Sequence record: DRR723986_5783
Direction: 5' to 3' (one strand)
DNA length: 49,568 bases
Shown here: positions 1 through 11,661 of the stretch, piece after piece
Layout: each line of letters starts with the position of its first letter
Numbering within the stretch: position 1 is the stretch's first letter
Notes under the pieces: model-generated
What the model was told of the DNA's origin: nothing
The model's input: the letters and a program-made list of their open reading frames with translations, nothing else
Database searches by the model: none
Made by a program: the position numbers and the translations under genes

Positions 1-427
1 CGACCTGAAGGGCCGCTTCATCTACTACGTCGGCCCGGTAGACCCGGTGCGCGACGAGGTTGTGGGCCCGGCGGGGCCGACCACATCCACCCGTATGGAC
101 AAGTTCACCGACTTTATCCTCGAACACACCGGGCTGTTGGGCATGATCGGCAAGGCCGAGCGCGGCCCCACCGGGATTGAGGCGATCAAGAAACACCAGG
201 CGGTCTACCTGATGGCGGTAGGCGGGGCAGCCTACCTGGTCTCCAAGGCCATTACCGGCGCCCGGGTTGTCGCCTTCCCGGAACTCGGTATGGAAGCGAT
301 CTACGAGTTTGAGGTCAAGGATATGCCGGTTAGCGTGGCGGTCGACGCCCGCGGTACCTCGGTGCACGAAACCGGGCCCAAGGTCTGGCAGGCGCGTATC
401 GAGGAACAGGCGCTGGAACTGATCTGA
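1..427 (+). CDS. Class I (Fe-S) fumarate hydratase, C-terminal part; truncated by window start
   Basis: Frame from nt 2 reads DLKGRFIYYVGPVDPVRDEVVGPAGPTTSTRMD...GMIGK.ERG...GGAAYL...GMEAIYEFEVKDMP, typical of the FumA/FumB C-terminal domain. Confidence 0.9.
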   Translation, partial: DLKGRFIYYVGPVDPVRDEVVGPAGPTTSTRMDKFTDFILEHTGLLGMIGKAERGPTGIEAIKKHQAVYLMAVGGAAYLVSKAITGARVVAFPELGMEAIYEFEVKDMPVSVAVDARGTSVHETGPKVWQARIEEQALELI

Positions 428-431
428 GCCG

Positions 432-1883
432 GTGGCAGCTCCCACCTTTTACTGGCATGACTACGAGACTTTCGGCGCCGATCCGTCACGGGATCGGCCG
501 GTGCAGTTCGCCGGCCTGCGGACCGATCTCGACCTGAACCCGGTGGGCGAGCCGCTGGTGATCTTCTCCCGGCCCGCCAACGATATGTTGCCGCACCCGG
601 AGGCCTGTCTGGTCACCGGGATCACGCCCCAGCAGGCGCTGGCCCAGGGGCTGCCCGAGTGTGAGTTCATCGCCCGGATTCACCGGGAACTGGCCGCGCC
701 CGGCACCTGTGGGCTTGGCTACAACTCCCTGCGCTTTGATGACGAAATTACCCGCTACACCCTGTATCGCAACTTTTATGATCCCTATGCCCGTGAGTGG
801 CAGCATGGGAATTCCCGCTGGGACATCATCGACATGGTGCGTGCGGCCAATGCGCTGCGGCCCGACGGCATCGAGTGGCCCCTGCGGGAGGATGGCCTGC
901 CCAGCTTCCGCCTGGAAGACCTGACCGCGGCCAATGGCATCAGTCACGGCGCGGCCCATGACGCCCTGTCGGACGTGGAAGCCACGATTGCCCTGGCGCG
1001 ACTGGTCCGTGAGCGCCAGCCCCGGCTGTTTGATTACCTCCTGCACCAGCGCGACAAGCAGGCCGTGCTGGAGATGCTGGATGTTGAGAGCATGAAGCCG
1101 GTGCTACATGTGTCCGGGATGTTCGGTGCCGCCCGGCACAACATCGGCCTCATCATCCCGCTGGCGCGGCACCCGGACAACCGTAACGAGATCATCTGCT
1201 ACGACCTGATGGCGGACCCCCAGGACCTCATTGAGCTGGCGCCGGAGACCCTGGCCAGTCGGCTGTTCGCGCGTAAGGAAGAACTGCCGGAGGGCGTCGA
1301 GCGGCCGGGGATCAAGTCGGTCCACATTAATCGCTGCCCGGTGCTGGCTCCCGCAAAGATGGCCGATGCCGCCACCGCCGAACGCCTGGGCATCGATGGT
1401 GAGCGCTGTCGCCGTCACCTGGCTGCCCTGCGTGACTGCCGGGCGCGGGACGCCAGGGGATTTACTGCCAGGATCCAGCAGCTGTACGCCTCGCGCCAGT
1501 TCGATCCGATTACCGACCCGGACCGCATGTTATACAGCGGTGGTTTCTTCGGCGAGGAGGACAAGCAGCTGATGGCGAAGATCCGGGAAGCCTCGGCGGA
1601 GGAGCTCGCCCAGCAGAGCTTTCCCTTGCGCGATGCCCGCCTGCCGGAACTGCTGTTTCGCTACCGGGCGCGCAATTTTCCGCAGAGCCTGACCCCGGAG
1701 GAGACGGCCCAGTGGGAGGAGTTCCGCTTCCAGCGTCTCACCGATCCGGCCTTCGATGCCGGTATCTGCATGGAGGAGTTCCAGAGCCGTATCGCCGCCC
1801 TGCTGGCGAACCCCGATACCAGAGCGGACCAGGCGCGGATCCTCAACGAGCTGCTCGACTACGGTGACAGCCTGCTCGCCTGA
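432..1883 (+). CDS. sbcB: Exodeoxyribonuclease I
   Basis: WHDYETFG...DRPVQFAG, GYNSLRFDDE, AHDALSDV DnaQ-family motifs; C-terminal LLFRYRARN. Confidence 0.95.
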   Translation: MAAPTFYWHDYETFGADPSRDRPVQFAGLRTDLDLNPVGEPLVIFSRPANDMLPHPEACLVTGITPQQALAQGLPECEFIARIHRELAAPGTCGLGYNSLRFDDEITRYTLYRNFYDPYAREWQHGNSRWDIIDMVRAANALRPDGIEWPLREDGLPSFRLEDLTAANGISHGAAHDALSDVEATIALARLVRERQPRLFDYLLHQRDKQAVLEMLDVESMKPVLHVSGMFGAARHNIGLIIPLARHPDNRNEIICYDLMADPQDLIELAPETLASRLFARKEELPEGVERPGIKSVHINRCPVLAPAKMADAATAERLGIDGERCRRHLAALRDCRARDARGFTARIQQLYASRQFDPITDPDRMLYSGGFFGEEDKQLMAKIREASAEELAQQSFPLRDARLPELLFRYRARNFPQSLTPEETAQWEEFRFQRLTDPAFDAGICMEEFQSRIAALLANPDTRADQARILNELLDYGDSLLA

Positions 1884-1909
1884 GAGGTAATTGTTCGCCC
1901 TCTGGCTAA

Positions 1910-1945
1910 TGTGCAGGTCCACTCGCCGATCGTATAATGGCGGCT
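1910..1945 (+). promoter_or_regulatory. Putative sigma70 promoter of pyrB
   Basis: Perfect TATAAT at 1933-1938 followed by GC-rich GGCGGCT; weak -35. Confidence 0.4.
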
Positions 1946-1980
1946 CCAGAATAAGCAGATAGCCCCGGGAGTACGCCAGC

Positions 1981-2997
1981 TTGGATTTTGCCGGTAGCCA
2001 TATCCTTTCCGTGGACCAGTTCGAGCGCGCCGATGTGCTGCGGGTCTTCGAGGTCGCCGATCGCATGGAACCCTATGCCCGCCGCCGGCGGGTTACCCGG
2101 GTGCTGGACGGCGCCATCCTCGGCTCGATGTTCTTTGAGCCGAGCACCCGTACCCGGGTCAGCTTCGGCAGTGCGTTCAACCTGCTCGGTGGCGAAGTGC
2201 GCGAGACCACGGGCTTTGAGAACTCCGCGATTGCCAAGGGGGAATCCCTGTACGACACGGCCCGCGTGCTGAGCGGTTATTCGGATGTGATCGCCATGCG
2301 CCACCCGGCGGAAGGTTCGGTAGCCGAGTTTGCCGCCGCCAGTCGGGTGCCGGTCATCAACGGCGGCGACGGCAGCAACGAACACCCCAGCCAGGCGTTG
2401 CTCGACCTGTACACCATCAAGAGCGAACTGGCCGCCCGCGGTCAGGGCATTGATGGCCTGCGCATTGCCATGGTGGGTGACCTGCGCTTCGGGCGTACGG
2501 TGCACTCCCTGTGCAAGCTGCTGACCCTGTTCAGCAATATCCAGGTGATGCTGGTGTCGCCGCGGGAATTGCGTATGCCGGGTGAGATCGTCGAAGAGCT
2601 GCATCGCGCCGGCCATGCGGTGGTGCAGTCGGACGACCTGGAGCAAAGTATCGCCCACGTGGATATTGTCTACAGCACGCGCATCCAGGAAGAGCGCTTC
2701 AATTCCCGGGAGGAGGCGGACCTCTACCGCGGGCGTTTCCGCCTGAACCAGAGTATCTACACCGCGCATTGCGAGCCCAACACGGTGATTATGCATCCGC
2801 TGCCCAGGGACTCCCGCGACAATGCCCGGGAACTGGATGACGATCTCAACGACAATCCCAACCTCGCAATATTCCGCCAGACCGACAATGGGATGCTGGT
2901 GCGCATGGCCTTGTTTGCCCTGGTGCTGGAAGTGGTCGACCAGGTCGACAAGCACGCCCGGGACGTCAACTGGTACACCGCCGGACGCTTCGGATGA
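1981..2997 (+). CDS. pyrB: Aspartate carbamoyltransferase catalytic chain
   Basis: FFEPSTRTR, KGESLYDT, HPSQALLD, RIQEERF and MHPLPR motifs; TTG start. Confidence 0.92.
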   Translation: MDFAGSHILSVDQFERADVLRVFEVADRMEPYARRRRVTRVLDGAILGSMFFEPSTRTRVSFGSAFNLLGGEVRETTGFENSAIAKGESLYDTARVLSGYSDVIAMRHPAEGSVAEFAAASRVPVINGGDGSNEHPSQALLDLYTIKSELAARGQGIDGLRIAMVGDLRFGRTVHSLCKLLTLFSNIQVMLVSPRELRMPGEIVEELHRAGHAVVQSDDLEQSIAHVDIVYSTRIQEERFNSREEADLYRGRFRLNQSIYTAHCEPNTVIMHPLPRDSRDNARELDDDLNDNPNLAIFRQTDNGMLVRMALFALVLEVVDQVDKHARDVNWYTAGRFG

Positions 2998-3623
2998 GTT
3001 TTGCGCTGCGTTTCGGGGCGCAGGACGTCCGCGTGCTGTCCCGGGAAGCGGTATTCAGCGGCCATTTCGGGGTAGCGAAGCTCACCCTGCAACACCGTTG
3101 TTTCGCCGGTGGCTGGAGCGAGCCCCTGACCCGGGAAGTCTTCGAGCGGGGCGACGCGGTCGGTGTGCTGCCCTATGACCCGGTGAGCGATACCCTGGTC
3201 CTGGTTGAGCAGTTTCGTGCCGGCGCCCTGCGCGACGCCGACTCGCCCTGGATGCTGGAACTGGTCGCCGGTGTTGTCGATCCCGGTGAAACCGACGAGG
3301 CTGTAGTACACCGGGAAGCCATGGAGGAGGCCGGTTGCGAGCTGGCCGAGCTGGTCCCGATCGCCTCCTTCTTCCCCAGTGCCGGTGCCTGCTCCGAGCA
3401 GGTACGCCTGTTCTGCGGCCGGGTAACCAGTGCCGGTGTGGGTGCAATTCACGGTCTCGACAGCGAGGGCGAGGATATCCTGGTGCACGCCGTGCCCCGG
3501 GAGGAAGCCCTTGCCCTGCTGGCCCGGGATGGTATTCCCAATGGGCACACCCTGATCGCGCTGCAGTGGTTGCACATCCACGGGGCCCGCCTGCGCGAGC
3601 GCTGGTTGCCGCTTGCCGGTTGA
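2994..3623 (+). CDS. nudF: ADP-ribose pyrophosphatase (Nudix)
   Basis: REVFERGDAVGVLPYDP, EQFR, Nudix box GVVDPGETDEAVVHREAMEEAG, EGEDI. Confidence 0.88.
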   Translation: MSFALRFGAQDVRVLSREAVFSGHFGVAKLTLQHRCFAGGWSEPLTREVFERGDAVGVLPYDPVSDTLVLVEQFRAGALRDADSPWMLELVAGVVDPGETDEAVVHREAMEEAGCELAELVPIASFFPSAGACSEQVRLFCGRVTSAGVGAIHGLDSEGEDILVHAVPREEALALLARDGIPNGHTLIALQWLHIHGARLRERWLPLAG

Positions 3624-3624
3624 C

Positions 3625-5235
3625 ATGAACGACAGGGGCTCTGAAGAACTGGCGACGGAGGGCGGCGGACTGCTGCGTTCCAGTGCTGTAGTCGGCAGCA
3701 TGACTATGCTGTCGCGGGTGCTGGGCCTGCTGCGGGATATCGTGCTGGCAGCCTTTGTCGGTGCCAGTGCCAACGCCGACGCGTTTTTCGTGGCCTTCAA
3801 AATCCCCAACTTCCTGCGTCGCCTGTTCGCCGAGGGGGCATTTTCCCAGGCCTTTGTGCCGGTGCTCGCGGACTACAAGGAGCAGGGTAGTGTTGCCGCG
3901 GTAAAGGAGCTGGTAGACCGGGTCGCGGGTGTGCTTGGCGGCACCCTGATTATCGTTACCACCCTCACCGTGCTGGCATCACCCCTGGTCGCAGCGCTGT
4001 TTGCGCCGGGATTCGTCAGCCAGCCGGAGAAGTACCAGCTCACCGCTGACCTGATCCGGGTCACCTTTCCCTATCTCCTGCTGATCTCCATGACCGGCTT
4101 GTGCGGTGCGATCCTCAACAGTTACGGCCGCTTTGCGATTCCCGCCGTAACCCCGGTATTTCTTAACCTGTCGCTGATTGGCGCCGCCCTCTACGCCGCG
4201 CCGCTATTTGAGGAACCGGTGTTTGCCCTGGCCTGGGGCGTATTCCTGGCAGGTGTCATCCAGCTGTTGTTCCAGTTGCCCTCACTGTACCGGCTGGACC
4301 TGGTGCCGCGCCCGATCTGGGATACCCGGCACGAGGGTGTGCGGCGAATTCTCAAGCTGATGGTGCCGGCCCTGTTCGGGGTGTCGGTAAGCCAGGTCAA
4401 CCTGCTGCTGGATACGGTACTGGCATCATTCCTCCCAACCGGTAGCGTGTCCTGGCTGTATTACTCTGACCGCTTGACCGAACTCCCGCTGGGCGTATTC
4501 GGCATTGCCATAGCCACGGTCATCCTGCCCAGTCTGTCGGCCCACACCGCTGGCGCCCGGGCCAGGCAGTTCAGCCTGACCCTGGACTGGGCTGTGCGCA
4601 TGGTGCTGTTGATTGCGGTGCCGGCGTCGGTGGCGCTGGTACTGCTGGCGGAGCCTATCCTGATCACCCTGTTCCAGTACGGGGCGCTCACCCCGGAGGA
4701 TGTCAGCATGGCGTCCCTCAGCCTTCGGGCTTACAGCCTGGGCCTGGCGGCTTTCATGTTGATCAAGGTGCTCGCGCCTGGTTATTACGCGCGCAAGGAT
4801 ATGGCTACCCCGGTGGCGATCGGTATCAAGGCCATGGTCGCCAATATGGTGCTCAACCTGATTTTTGTGCTGCCACTGATGTATTACTACGGCGTTGGGC
4901 ATCTCGGCCTGGCCCTGGCCACCAGTGTGGCGGCCTATCTCAACGCCGGGCTGTTATTGCGCGGCCTGCTGCGCAAGGGCGTGTTTCACTGGCAGCCGGG
5001 CTGGGGGCGCTATGCCTTCCGTTTGCTTGCCGCCACCGCGGCAATGGCTCTTGTGGTGCTGTGGCTGGCCCCCGGCACGGCACACTGGCTGGACTGGGGC
5101 TGGCAGGCCCGCGCGCTGCGCATTTCCATGATCTGCGTCGCCGGTGTTGTGGCCTATGTGCTGGTCCTGGTCCTGCTCGGTACCCGCCCCGGCGACCTGA
5201 AAAGTCCCGCCGGATCCGACCAGCAGCCAGGCTAG
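3625..5235 (+). CDS. murJ: Lipid II flippase MurJ/MviN
   Basis: SRVLGLLRD, DAFFVAFKIPNFLRRLFAEGAFSQAFVP, YYSDRLTELPLG; polytopic membrane protein. Confidence 0.96.
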   Translation: MNDRGSEELATEGGGLLRSSAVVGSMTMLSRVLGLLRDIVLAAFVGASANADAFFVAFKIPNFLRRLFAEGAFSQAFVPVLADYKEQGSVAAVKELVDRVAGVLGGTLIIVTTLTVLASPLVAALFAPGFVSQPEKYQLTADLIRVTFPYLLLISMTGLCGAILNSYGRFAIPAVTPVFLNLSLIGAALYAAPLFEEPVFALAWGVFLAGVIQLLFQLPSLYRLDLVPRPIWDTRHEGVRRILKLMVPALFGVSVSQVNLLLDTVLASFLPTGSVSWLYYSDRLTELPLGVFGIAIATVILPSLSAHTAGARARQFSLTLDWAVRMVLLIAVPASVALVLLAEPILITLFQYGALTPEDVSMASLSLRAYSLGLAAFMLIKVLAPGYYARKDMATPVAIGIKAMVANMVLNLIFVLPLMYYYGVGHLGLALATSVAAYLNAGLLLRGLLRKGVFHWQPGWGRYAFRLLAATAAMALVVLWLAPGTAHWLDWGWQARALRISMICVAGVVAYVLVLVLLGTRPGDLKSPAGSDQQPG

Positions 5236-5322
5236 CAGTCACCGCCTTGCGGGGAGAGCGATAGGCGTGTGACAGTGAATTCGCTATACTCCTCGGTTTG
5301 ATTTCACGGGCACCCCGTTTCC

Positions 5323-6270
5323 ATGGAGCTGATTCGAGGCCTCCACAATCTGCGGCCCCGGCATCGCGGTTGTGTGGTGACGGTGGGTGCCTTCGATGGC
5401 GTTCACCGGGGACACCAGGCTGTGATCCGTCACCTGCAGGCCAAGGCGCAGGAACTGGATCTGCCCTCGGTGGTCATGGTTTTCGAACCGCTGCCGCGGG
5501 AGTACTTTGCGCCCCGGACCGCGCCGGCCCGGCTGATGAGCTTTCGCGAGAAATTCCAGGCGCTGCGGGACCTGGGGGTGGACCGGCTGCTGCGGGTGCG
5601 CTTCAACGAGCAGCTGCGCAGCATGTCAGCCCAGGCATTCGTCGAGGACGTGTTTGTCGGCGGCCTGGGGGTGCGCTACGTGGTGCTGGGCGATGATTTC
5701 CGCTTCGGCAAGGAGCGCGAAGGGGATCTCGACTTCATGCGCGACCAGGGCGAGCAGCACGGCTACGAGGCCGGTCCCACGCCGACCTATGCCATGGACA
5801 GCGAGCGGGTGAGCAGCACCCGGATCCGTCACGCCCTGGAGCACGGCCAGTTTGGCCTTGCTGAACAGCTGCTGGGCCGGCCCTACAGTATTTCCGGGCG
5901 AGTGGTTTACGGCCGCCAGCTGGGGCGCGAGATGGGCGCGCCGACCGCCAATGTCGAGCTCAACCGCCTGCGTTCTCCCCTCAGCGGGGTATTTGCGGTG
6001 GAGGTGTCGGGGGCCGGTCTGGTGAGGGTGCCGGGAGTGGCTAATGTGGGTGTGCGCCCGACGCTGGACGACAGCATTCGGGCCAATCTCGAAGTACACC
6101 TGCTTGATCGGGAGGCGGATCTCTACGGCCGCCGTATCGAGGTGACTTTCCTGCACAAGCAGCGGGAAGAAAAGAAGTTTGATTCGCTGGAAACGCTGCG
6201 CGAGAACATTGCGCGCGATATCGATAACACCAGGGCCTGGTTCGCCGGGCGCAACACGACCAGTTGTTAA
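5323..6270 (+). CDS. ribF: Bifunctional riboflavin kinase/FAD synthetase
   Basis: [30 protein letters not shown]...PTAN, EVHLLD. Confidence 0.96.
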   Translation: MELIRGLHNLRPRHRGCVVTVGAFDGVHRGHQAVIRHLQAKAQELDLPSVVMVFEPLPREYFAPRTAPARLMSFREKFQALRDLGVDRLLRVRFNEQLRSMSAQAFVEDVFVGGLGVRYVVLGDDFRFGKEREGDLDFMRDQGEQHGYEAGPTPTYAMDSERVSSTRIRHALEHGQFGLAEQLLGRPYSISGRVVYGRQLGREMGAPTANVELNRLRSPLSGVFAVEVSGAGLVRVPGVANVGVRPTLDDSIRANLEVHLLDREADLYGRRIEVTFLHKQREEKKFDSLETLRENIARDIDNTRAWFAGRNTTSC

Positions 6271-6274
6271 GAGA

Positions 6275-9079
6275 ATGAGTGATTACAAGGCAACCCTGAA
6301 CCTGCCCCAGACGGCATTTCCCATGAAGGCCAGCCTCGCCCAGCGAGAACCTGCCCGCCTGAAACAGTGGGAAGCGATGGCGCTGTACCAGAAGATTCGC
6401 GAAGCCAGCGCCGGCCGGCCGAAGTTCATCCTCCACGATGGCCCGCCCTATGCCAATGGCGAGCTGCACGTGGGGCATGCGGTTAACAAGATTCTCAAGG
6501 ATATTATCGTCAAGTCGAAAACCCTGGCAGGCTTCGACGCGCCCTATGTGCCGGGTTGGGACTGCCACGGCCTGCCGATCGAGCTGAATGTCGAGAAGAA
6601 GGTCGGCAAACCGGGCGTGAAGATATCGGCCTCGGAGTTCCGGCAGAAATGCCGTGATTATGCCCTGGGCCAGGTAGACAGCCAGCGCACGGTGTTCATG
6701 CGCATGGGTGTGCTCGGCGACTGGTGGCAGCCCTACCTCACCATGGACTACGCCTTCGAGGCCAATATCATCCGTACCCTGTCGCGGATCATCGAGAATG
6801 GCCACCTGCACAAGGGCTTCAAGCCGGTGCACTGGTGCATGGACTGCGGCTCGGCGCTGGCGGAGGCTGAGGTCGAGTACCGGGACAAGATATCACCGGC
6901 GATCGATGTGGCGTTTGCCGCAGTCGACAGTGAGGCGATTGCCCGTGCTTGTGATAGCGAGTATCCGGGGGCCATCGCTATCCCGATCTGGACCACCACC
7001 CCCTGGACTATCCCCGCCAATATGGCGGTGAGCCTGCATCCGGAACTCGACTATGTGCTGCTTGCCGCGGACGGCAGGGCATTGCTGGTGGCAGAGGAGC
7101 TGGCGCAAAGCTGTGCCGAGCGCCTCGGTCTGCCCACGGTCTCGATTGTTGGTCGCTGCAAAGGTGCAGCGCTGGAGCGGCAGTTGCTGCAGCATCCCTA
7201 CCTGGACCGGCAGGTGCCGGTCATCCTCGGTGAGCATGTGACCACCGAGGCCGGTACCGGCGCGGTACACACGGCCCCGGCCCACGGCCAGGACGATTTC
7301 GTGGTTGGCGAGCGCTACGGTATCGAAGTGTTTAACCCGGTTGGCGGCAACGGTGTGTTCCTCGAAGACACCCCACATGTTGCCGGCCAACACGTGATGA
7401 AAGCCAATGAGGCGATCATCGAGCTGTTGCGTGAGCACGGCGCATTGCTGCATCACGAGGACTACCAGCACTCCTACCCACACTGCTGGCGCCACAAGAC
7501 GCCGATCATTTTCCGGGCCACGCCCCAGTGGTTCATGAGCATGGAACAGCACGGTCTGCTGGCGGCGGCGAATGAGGCAGTAGACGGCGTCCAGTGGTTG
7601 CCGGAATGGGGCAAGGCGCGGATCGACAGCATGCTCACCGATCGTCCGGACTGGTGTATCTCGCGCCAGCGCACCTGGGGCGTGCCGATTGCCCTGTTCA
7701 TCCACAAGGAGACTGCGGAGCTGCATCCGGATACCCCGGACCTGATGGAAGCTGTCGCCCGTCGGGTGGAGCAGGGCGGCATCGACGCATGGTTCGAACT
7801 GGAGGCCGAGGAACTGCTGGGCGAAGACGCCGCACACTACGAAAAGGTGACCGATACCCTGGACGTTTGGTTCGATTCCGGCGTGACCCACGCCTGTGTC
7901 CTGCGCCAGCGCGACGGCCTGGAGGTCCCTGCCGATCTCTACCTGGAGGGCTCGGATCAGCATCGAGGCTGGTTCCAGTCGTCCCTGCTGACCGGCATTG
8001 GCGCCTACGCTGCGGCGCCCTATAAAACGGTACTGACCCACGGCTTCACCGTCGATGGGGAAGGGCGCAAGATGTCCAAGTCGCTGGGGAATATCCTGCC
8101 GGCGGACCGGGCGATGAACGAGCAGGGCGCGGATATCCTGCGCCTGTGGGTGGCCGCCACCGATTACCGTGGTGAGTTGGCTGTGTCGGAGGAAATTTTC
8201 AAACGCACCGCAGACGCCTACCGGCGTATCCGAAACACCGCACGCTTCCTGCTATCCAACCTGAACGGCTTTGACCCGGCGAGCGATGTGCTGCCGCCTG
8301 CGGAAATGTTGTCACTGGATCGCTGGGCGGTGGATCGCAGCGCCGAGTTGCAGGGTGAAATTACCCAGGCCTACGAGGCCTACAACTTCCACCAGATTTA
8401 TCACAAGGTGCACAACTTCTGTGCCGGTGATCTCGGGGGCTTCTACCTCGACGTCATCAAGGACCGCCAGTACACGACCCAGGCCGATAGTATCGCCCGG
8501 CGCTCGGCCCAGACCGCCATGTACCATATTGTGGAGGCGCTGGCGCGCTGGATTGCGCCGATTCTCAGCTTCACCGCGGAGGAGATCTGGGAAAATATCC
8601 CCGGGCAGCGCGGTGAGTCGATCTTCCTGGAACAGTGGTACCAGCAGCTCGCGACCCTGGATGACAGCGAAGCCATGGGCCGTGCCTACTGGCGCGAACT
8701 CATGGCAGTGCGCGACGCGGTCAACAAGCAGATGGAAACCCGGCGCGCGGCGGGCGACCTGCGCGGTTCGCTGGATGCCGAAGTCACCTTGTTCTGCGCA
8801 GCGCCGCTGCGGGACCGGCTCGAGCAATTGGGGGACGAACTGCGCTTTGTGCTGATCACCTCCGCGGCCTCACTGGCGGATCTCGAGGCAGCGCCTGCAG
8901 ATGCGGCGGTCTCGGAACTGGATGGCCTGAAACTGCAGGTGACGGTGTCTGCCAGCGAGAAATGTGAGCGCTGCTGGCACCGGCGACCGGAAGTCGGTTC
9001 GATCGAGCAACACCCGACTCTTTGCGAGCGCTGCGTCGACAACGTGGATGGTGATGGTGAGCAACGACGTTTCGCGTAG
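6275..9079 (+). CDS. ileS: Isoleucine--tRNA ligase (type 1)
   Basis: [20 protein letters not shown]-terminal CERCWH...CERC zinc finger; start moved to ATG 6275 ([11 protein letters not shown]). Confidence 0.97.
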   Translation: MSDYKATLNLPQTAFPMKASLAQREPARLKQWEAMALYQKIREASAGRPKFILHDGPPYANGELHVGHAVNKILKDIIVKSKTLAGFDAPYVPGWDCHGLPIELNVEKKVGKPGVKISASEFRQKCRDYALGQVDSQRTVFMRMGVLGDWWQPYLTMDYAFEANIIRTLSRIIENGHLHKGFKPVHWCMDCGSALAEAEVEYRDKISPAIDVAFAAVDSEAIARACDSEYPGAIAIPIWTTTPWTIPANMAVSLHPELDYVLLAADGRALLVAEELAQSCAERLGLPTVSIVGRCKGAALERQLLQHPYLDRQVPVILGEHVTTEAGTGAVHTAPAHGQDDFVVGERYGIEVFNPVGGNGVFLEDTPHVAGQHVMKANEAIIELLREHGALLHHEDYQHSYPHCWRHKTPIIFRATPQWFMSMEQHGLLAAANEAVDGVQWLPEWGKARIDSMLTDRPDWCISRQRTWGVPIALFIHKETAELHPDTPDLMEAVARRVEQGGIDAWFELEAEELLGEDAAHYEKVTDTLDVWFDSGVTHACVLRQRDGLEVPADLYLEGSDQHRGWFQSSLLTGIGAYAAAPYKTVLTHGFTVDGEGRKMSKSLGNILPADRAMNEQGADILRLWVAATDYRGELAVSEEIFKRTADAYRRIRNTARFLLSNLNGFDPASDVLPPAEMLSLDRWAVDRSAELQGEITQAYEAYNFHQIYHKVHNFCAGDLGGFYLDVIKDRQYTTQADSIARRSAQTAMYHIVEALARWIAPILSFTAEEIWENIPGQRGESIFLEQWYQQLATLDDSEAMGRAYWRELMAVRDAVNKQMETRRAAGDLRGSLDAEVTLFCAAPLRDRLEQLGDELRFVLITSAASLADLEAAPADAAVSELDGLKLQVTVSASEKCERCWHRRPEVGSIEQHPTLCERCVDNVDGDGEQRRFA

Positions 9080-9590
9080 CGGGGTCCGTGCCCTGTGGTG
9101 GTACGGCCTCGCACTGCTGGTGCTGCTGCTGGACCAGTACACCAAGACCCTGGCCAGTGCCAGCCTGAGCTATGGCCGGCCGGTGGAGATTTTTTTCTGG
9201 TTTGACCTGACCTTACACCACAACACCGGGGCGGCATTCAGCTTCCTCAGCAGTGCCGGGGGCTGGCAGCGCTGGTTTTTTACGGTGATTGCCGTGGTTA
9301 TTAGCACCGGCCTGGTGGTCTGGTTGTACCGTTTGCCACGTAACCAGCTTATGTTGTCGCTTGCCCTGGGCCTCATTCTCGGCGGTGCCCTGGGTAACCT
9401 CTGGGACCGACTGGCCCTGGGCTACGTGGTGGACTTCATCTCGGTGCATTATGCCGGCCGCTATTTCCCCACCTTCAACATTGCCGATTCAGCGATTACC
9501 GTGGGTGCAGGATTTATGTTGTTGGATAGTTTCATGACCCGGTCACCGGAACAGGGCACCGAGCAGTCTGCGTCGGGGAGTGACCTGTGA
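9054..9590 (+). CDS. lspA: Lipoprotein signal peptidase II; start approximate
   Basis: [25 protein letters not shown]...VVDFI...FNIADSAI. Confidence 0.94.
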   Translation: MVSNDVSRSGVRALWWYGLALLVLLLDQYTKTLASASLSYGRPVEIFFWFDLTLHHNTGAAFSFLSSAGGWQRWFFTVIAVVISTGLVVWLYRLPRNQLMLSLALGLILGGALGNLWDRLALGYVVDFISVHYAGRYFPTFNIADSAITVGAGFMLLDSFMTRSPEQGTEQSASGSDL

Positions 9591-10039
9591 GTATCGATGT
9601 CCCGGTCAGCGAAGGGACCCGGGTGTTCCTGAATTTCTCGGTCAGCCTGGAGGATGGTTCCGAGGTTGATACCAACTATGGTGGTGACCCGGTCCATTTT
9701 GTTATCGGCGATGGCAGCCTGCTGCCGGGTTTCGAGCGGGCGATCTTCGGGATGTCTGCCGGTGATCGGCAGGTTTTCACCGTACTGCCGGAAGACGCCT
9801 TCGGCCAGCCCAATGACAACAATGTGCAGCTGATCCCTCGGGACCGCTTCGACGATGACATCGAACTTGAGATCGGCCTGGTGTTTTCCTTTGGTGATGC
9901 CTCTGGCGGCGAACTGCCGGGGCTGATCGTCGCCTTTGACGATGAGCAGGTGACGGTCGATTTCAATCATCCTCTGGCGGGCCGAACTATACTCTTCGAT
10001 GTATTGATTCACCGGGTTGAGGCTGCGGAACTGCATTGA
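9587..10039 (+). CDS. fkpB: FKBP-type peptidyl-prolyl isomerase (SlpA/FkpB)
   Basis: [18 protein letters not shown]; position between lspA and ispH. Confidence 0.9.
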   Translation: MSIDVPVSEGTRVFLNFSVSLEDGSEVDTNYGGDPVHFVIGDGSLLPGFERAIFGMSAGDRQVFTVLPEDAFGQPNDNNVQLIPRDRFDDDIELEIGLVFSFGDASGGELPGLIVAFDDEQVTVDFNHPLAGRTILFDVLIHRVEAAELH

Positions 10040-10989
10040 TGGAAATCCAGCTTGCCAATCCCAGGGGCTTCTGTGCCGGCGTCGACCGGGCGATAGATAT
10101 CGTCAATCGCGCCCTGGAGGTTTTCGGCGCGCCGATTTATGTGCGTCACGAGGTCGTGCACAACAAGTTCGTGGTCGATGACCTGCGCGAGCGCGGCGCG
10201 ATATTCGTCGATGAGCTGCGCGAGGTACCGGACGACTGCATCGTGATCTTCAGTGCGCACGGTGTTTCCCAGGCGGTACGCATGGAAGCACGGGGTCGAG
10301 GCCTCAAGGTATTTGACGCCACCTGTCCGCTGGTGACCAAGGTGCATATGGAGGTGTCGCGCTACAGCGAAGAGGGTCGCGAGTGCATCCTGATCGGGCA
10401 TGAGGGCCACCCCGAGGTCGAGGGCACCATGGGCCAGTACGACCGGACAACCGGTGGCGACATCTACCTGGTGGAAGATGAGGCCCAGGTCGCCAGCCTG
10501 TCGGTTCGCGATCCGCAGAAACTGTCCTACGTGACCCAGACCACCCTGTCCATGGACGATACCGCACGGGTTATTGAAGCCCTGCGCGAGCGTTTTCCCG
10601 CCATTACCGGACCGCGCAAGGACGATATCTGCTATGCGACCCAGAATCGCCAGGATGCGGTCAAGCAACTCGCCGCCGGCTGCGACCTGATGCTGGTAGT
10701 GGGCTCGCCCAACAGTTCCAATTCCAACCGCCTGCGCGAGTTGGCCGAGCGCATGGGTGCGGAAGCCTACCTGCTGGACGGGGTCGAGGACATCGACCCG
10801 GCCTGGCTGGAAGGCAAGTCGCGCATCGGTGTGACCGCCGGCGCCTCCGCCCCGGAAGTGCTGGTACAGGACGTCATCAACGGCCTGCGCGAGCTGGGCT
10901 GTGCCGCGCCGGTTGAGGTTGCGGGACGCCCGGAGAATGTGACTTTTTCCCTGCCCAAGGAATTGCGGATTCCCGTCAAGACCTTGTGA
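10039..10989 (+). CDS. ispH: 4-hydroxy-3-methylbut-2-enyl diphosphate reductase
   Basis: [40 protein letters not shown]. Confidence 0.97.
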   Translation: MEIQLANPRGFCAGVDRAIDIVNRALEVFGAPIYVRHEVVHNKFVVDDLRERGAIFVDELREVPDDCIVIFSAHGVSQAVRMEARGRGLKVFDATCPLVTKVHMEVSRYSEEGRECILIGHEGHPEVEGTMGQYDRTTGGDIYLVEDEAQVASLSVRDPQKLSYVTQTTLSMDDTARVIEALRERFPAITGPRKDDICYATQNRQDAVKQLAAGCDLMLVVGSPNSSNSNRLRELAERMGAEAYLLDGVEDIDPAWLEGKSRIGVTAGASAPEVLVQDVINGLRELGCAAPVEVAGRPENVTFSLPKELRIPVKTL

Positions 10990-11102
10990 TCCCCGGCCGC
11001 CCGGCCATCTTTATGCGCAGTATCTGATCCAATACCGTCTCTCGCTGGTGTTGCCAGCGCCATTGCGTATCGTGGTTGCAGTACGCCGCAGGACGCGAGG
11101 CG

Positions 11103-11648
11103 ATGGAAAGCAAGGCATGGATGCACGGCTTCACTCTGGTGGAGTTACTGGTAGTGCTTACCCTGATAGCGGTATCGCTGGGCTTTGTACTGCCGGGCTT
11201 CAGCGACCTGCTCGCCGCCACCCGCAGTCGTGCGGAGGCCAGTCGCCTGCTTAACGCGATCCACCTGGTCAGGAGCGAGGCGATCAAACGAAACCGCCCG
11301 GTCAGTCTCTGCCCGCAGGCCGAGGCCGTCACGTCCACCAGCTGTTCGAACGACTATGCCGATGGCTGGATTGCCTTCGTGAACCCCGATCGGGATCGTG
11401 ACGTGGATGCGGGGGAAACTGTGCTGCTGCGCGCCGCGCAGCTACGCGGGGGGCTGTCGGTCAGCAACCGCAAGGGCACGCGGGCGGCGAATGAGCTGAT
11501 CACCTATTATCCCGACGGCAGCTCACGCCGGAACCTGACCCTCATGGTATGTTCGACTTCGAGGCCGCAAGCCACCGCCTGGAGCGTGGTCCTGAATCGC
11601 GTCGGCCGGCCGCGCCTGGCCAGGGACTGGGGGCAGTGTCCGCGATGA
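11103..11648 (+). CDS. fimT: Orphan GspH/FimT-family minor pilin with C-terminal GRxR motif
   Basis: Prepilin site G|FTLVEL; RSEAIKRN..V.LCP; GWIAF; C-terminal GRPR. Confidence 0.8.
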   Translation: MESKAWMHGFTLVELLVVLTLIAVSLGFVLPGFSDLLAATRSRAEASRLLNAIHLVRSEAIKRNRPVSLCPQAEAVTSTSCSNDYADGWIAFVNPDRDRDVDAGETVLLRAAQLRGGLSVSNRKGTRAANELITYYPDGSSRRNLTLMVCSTSRPQATAWSVVLNRVGRPRLARDWGQCPR

Positions 11649-11661
11649 GAGTGGCCCGCGC

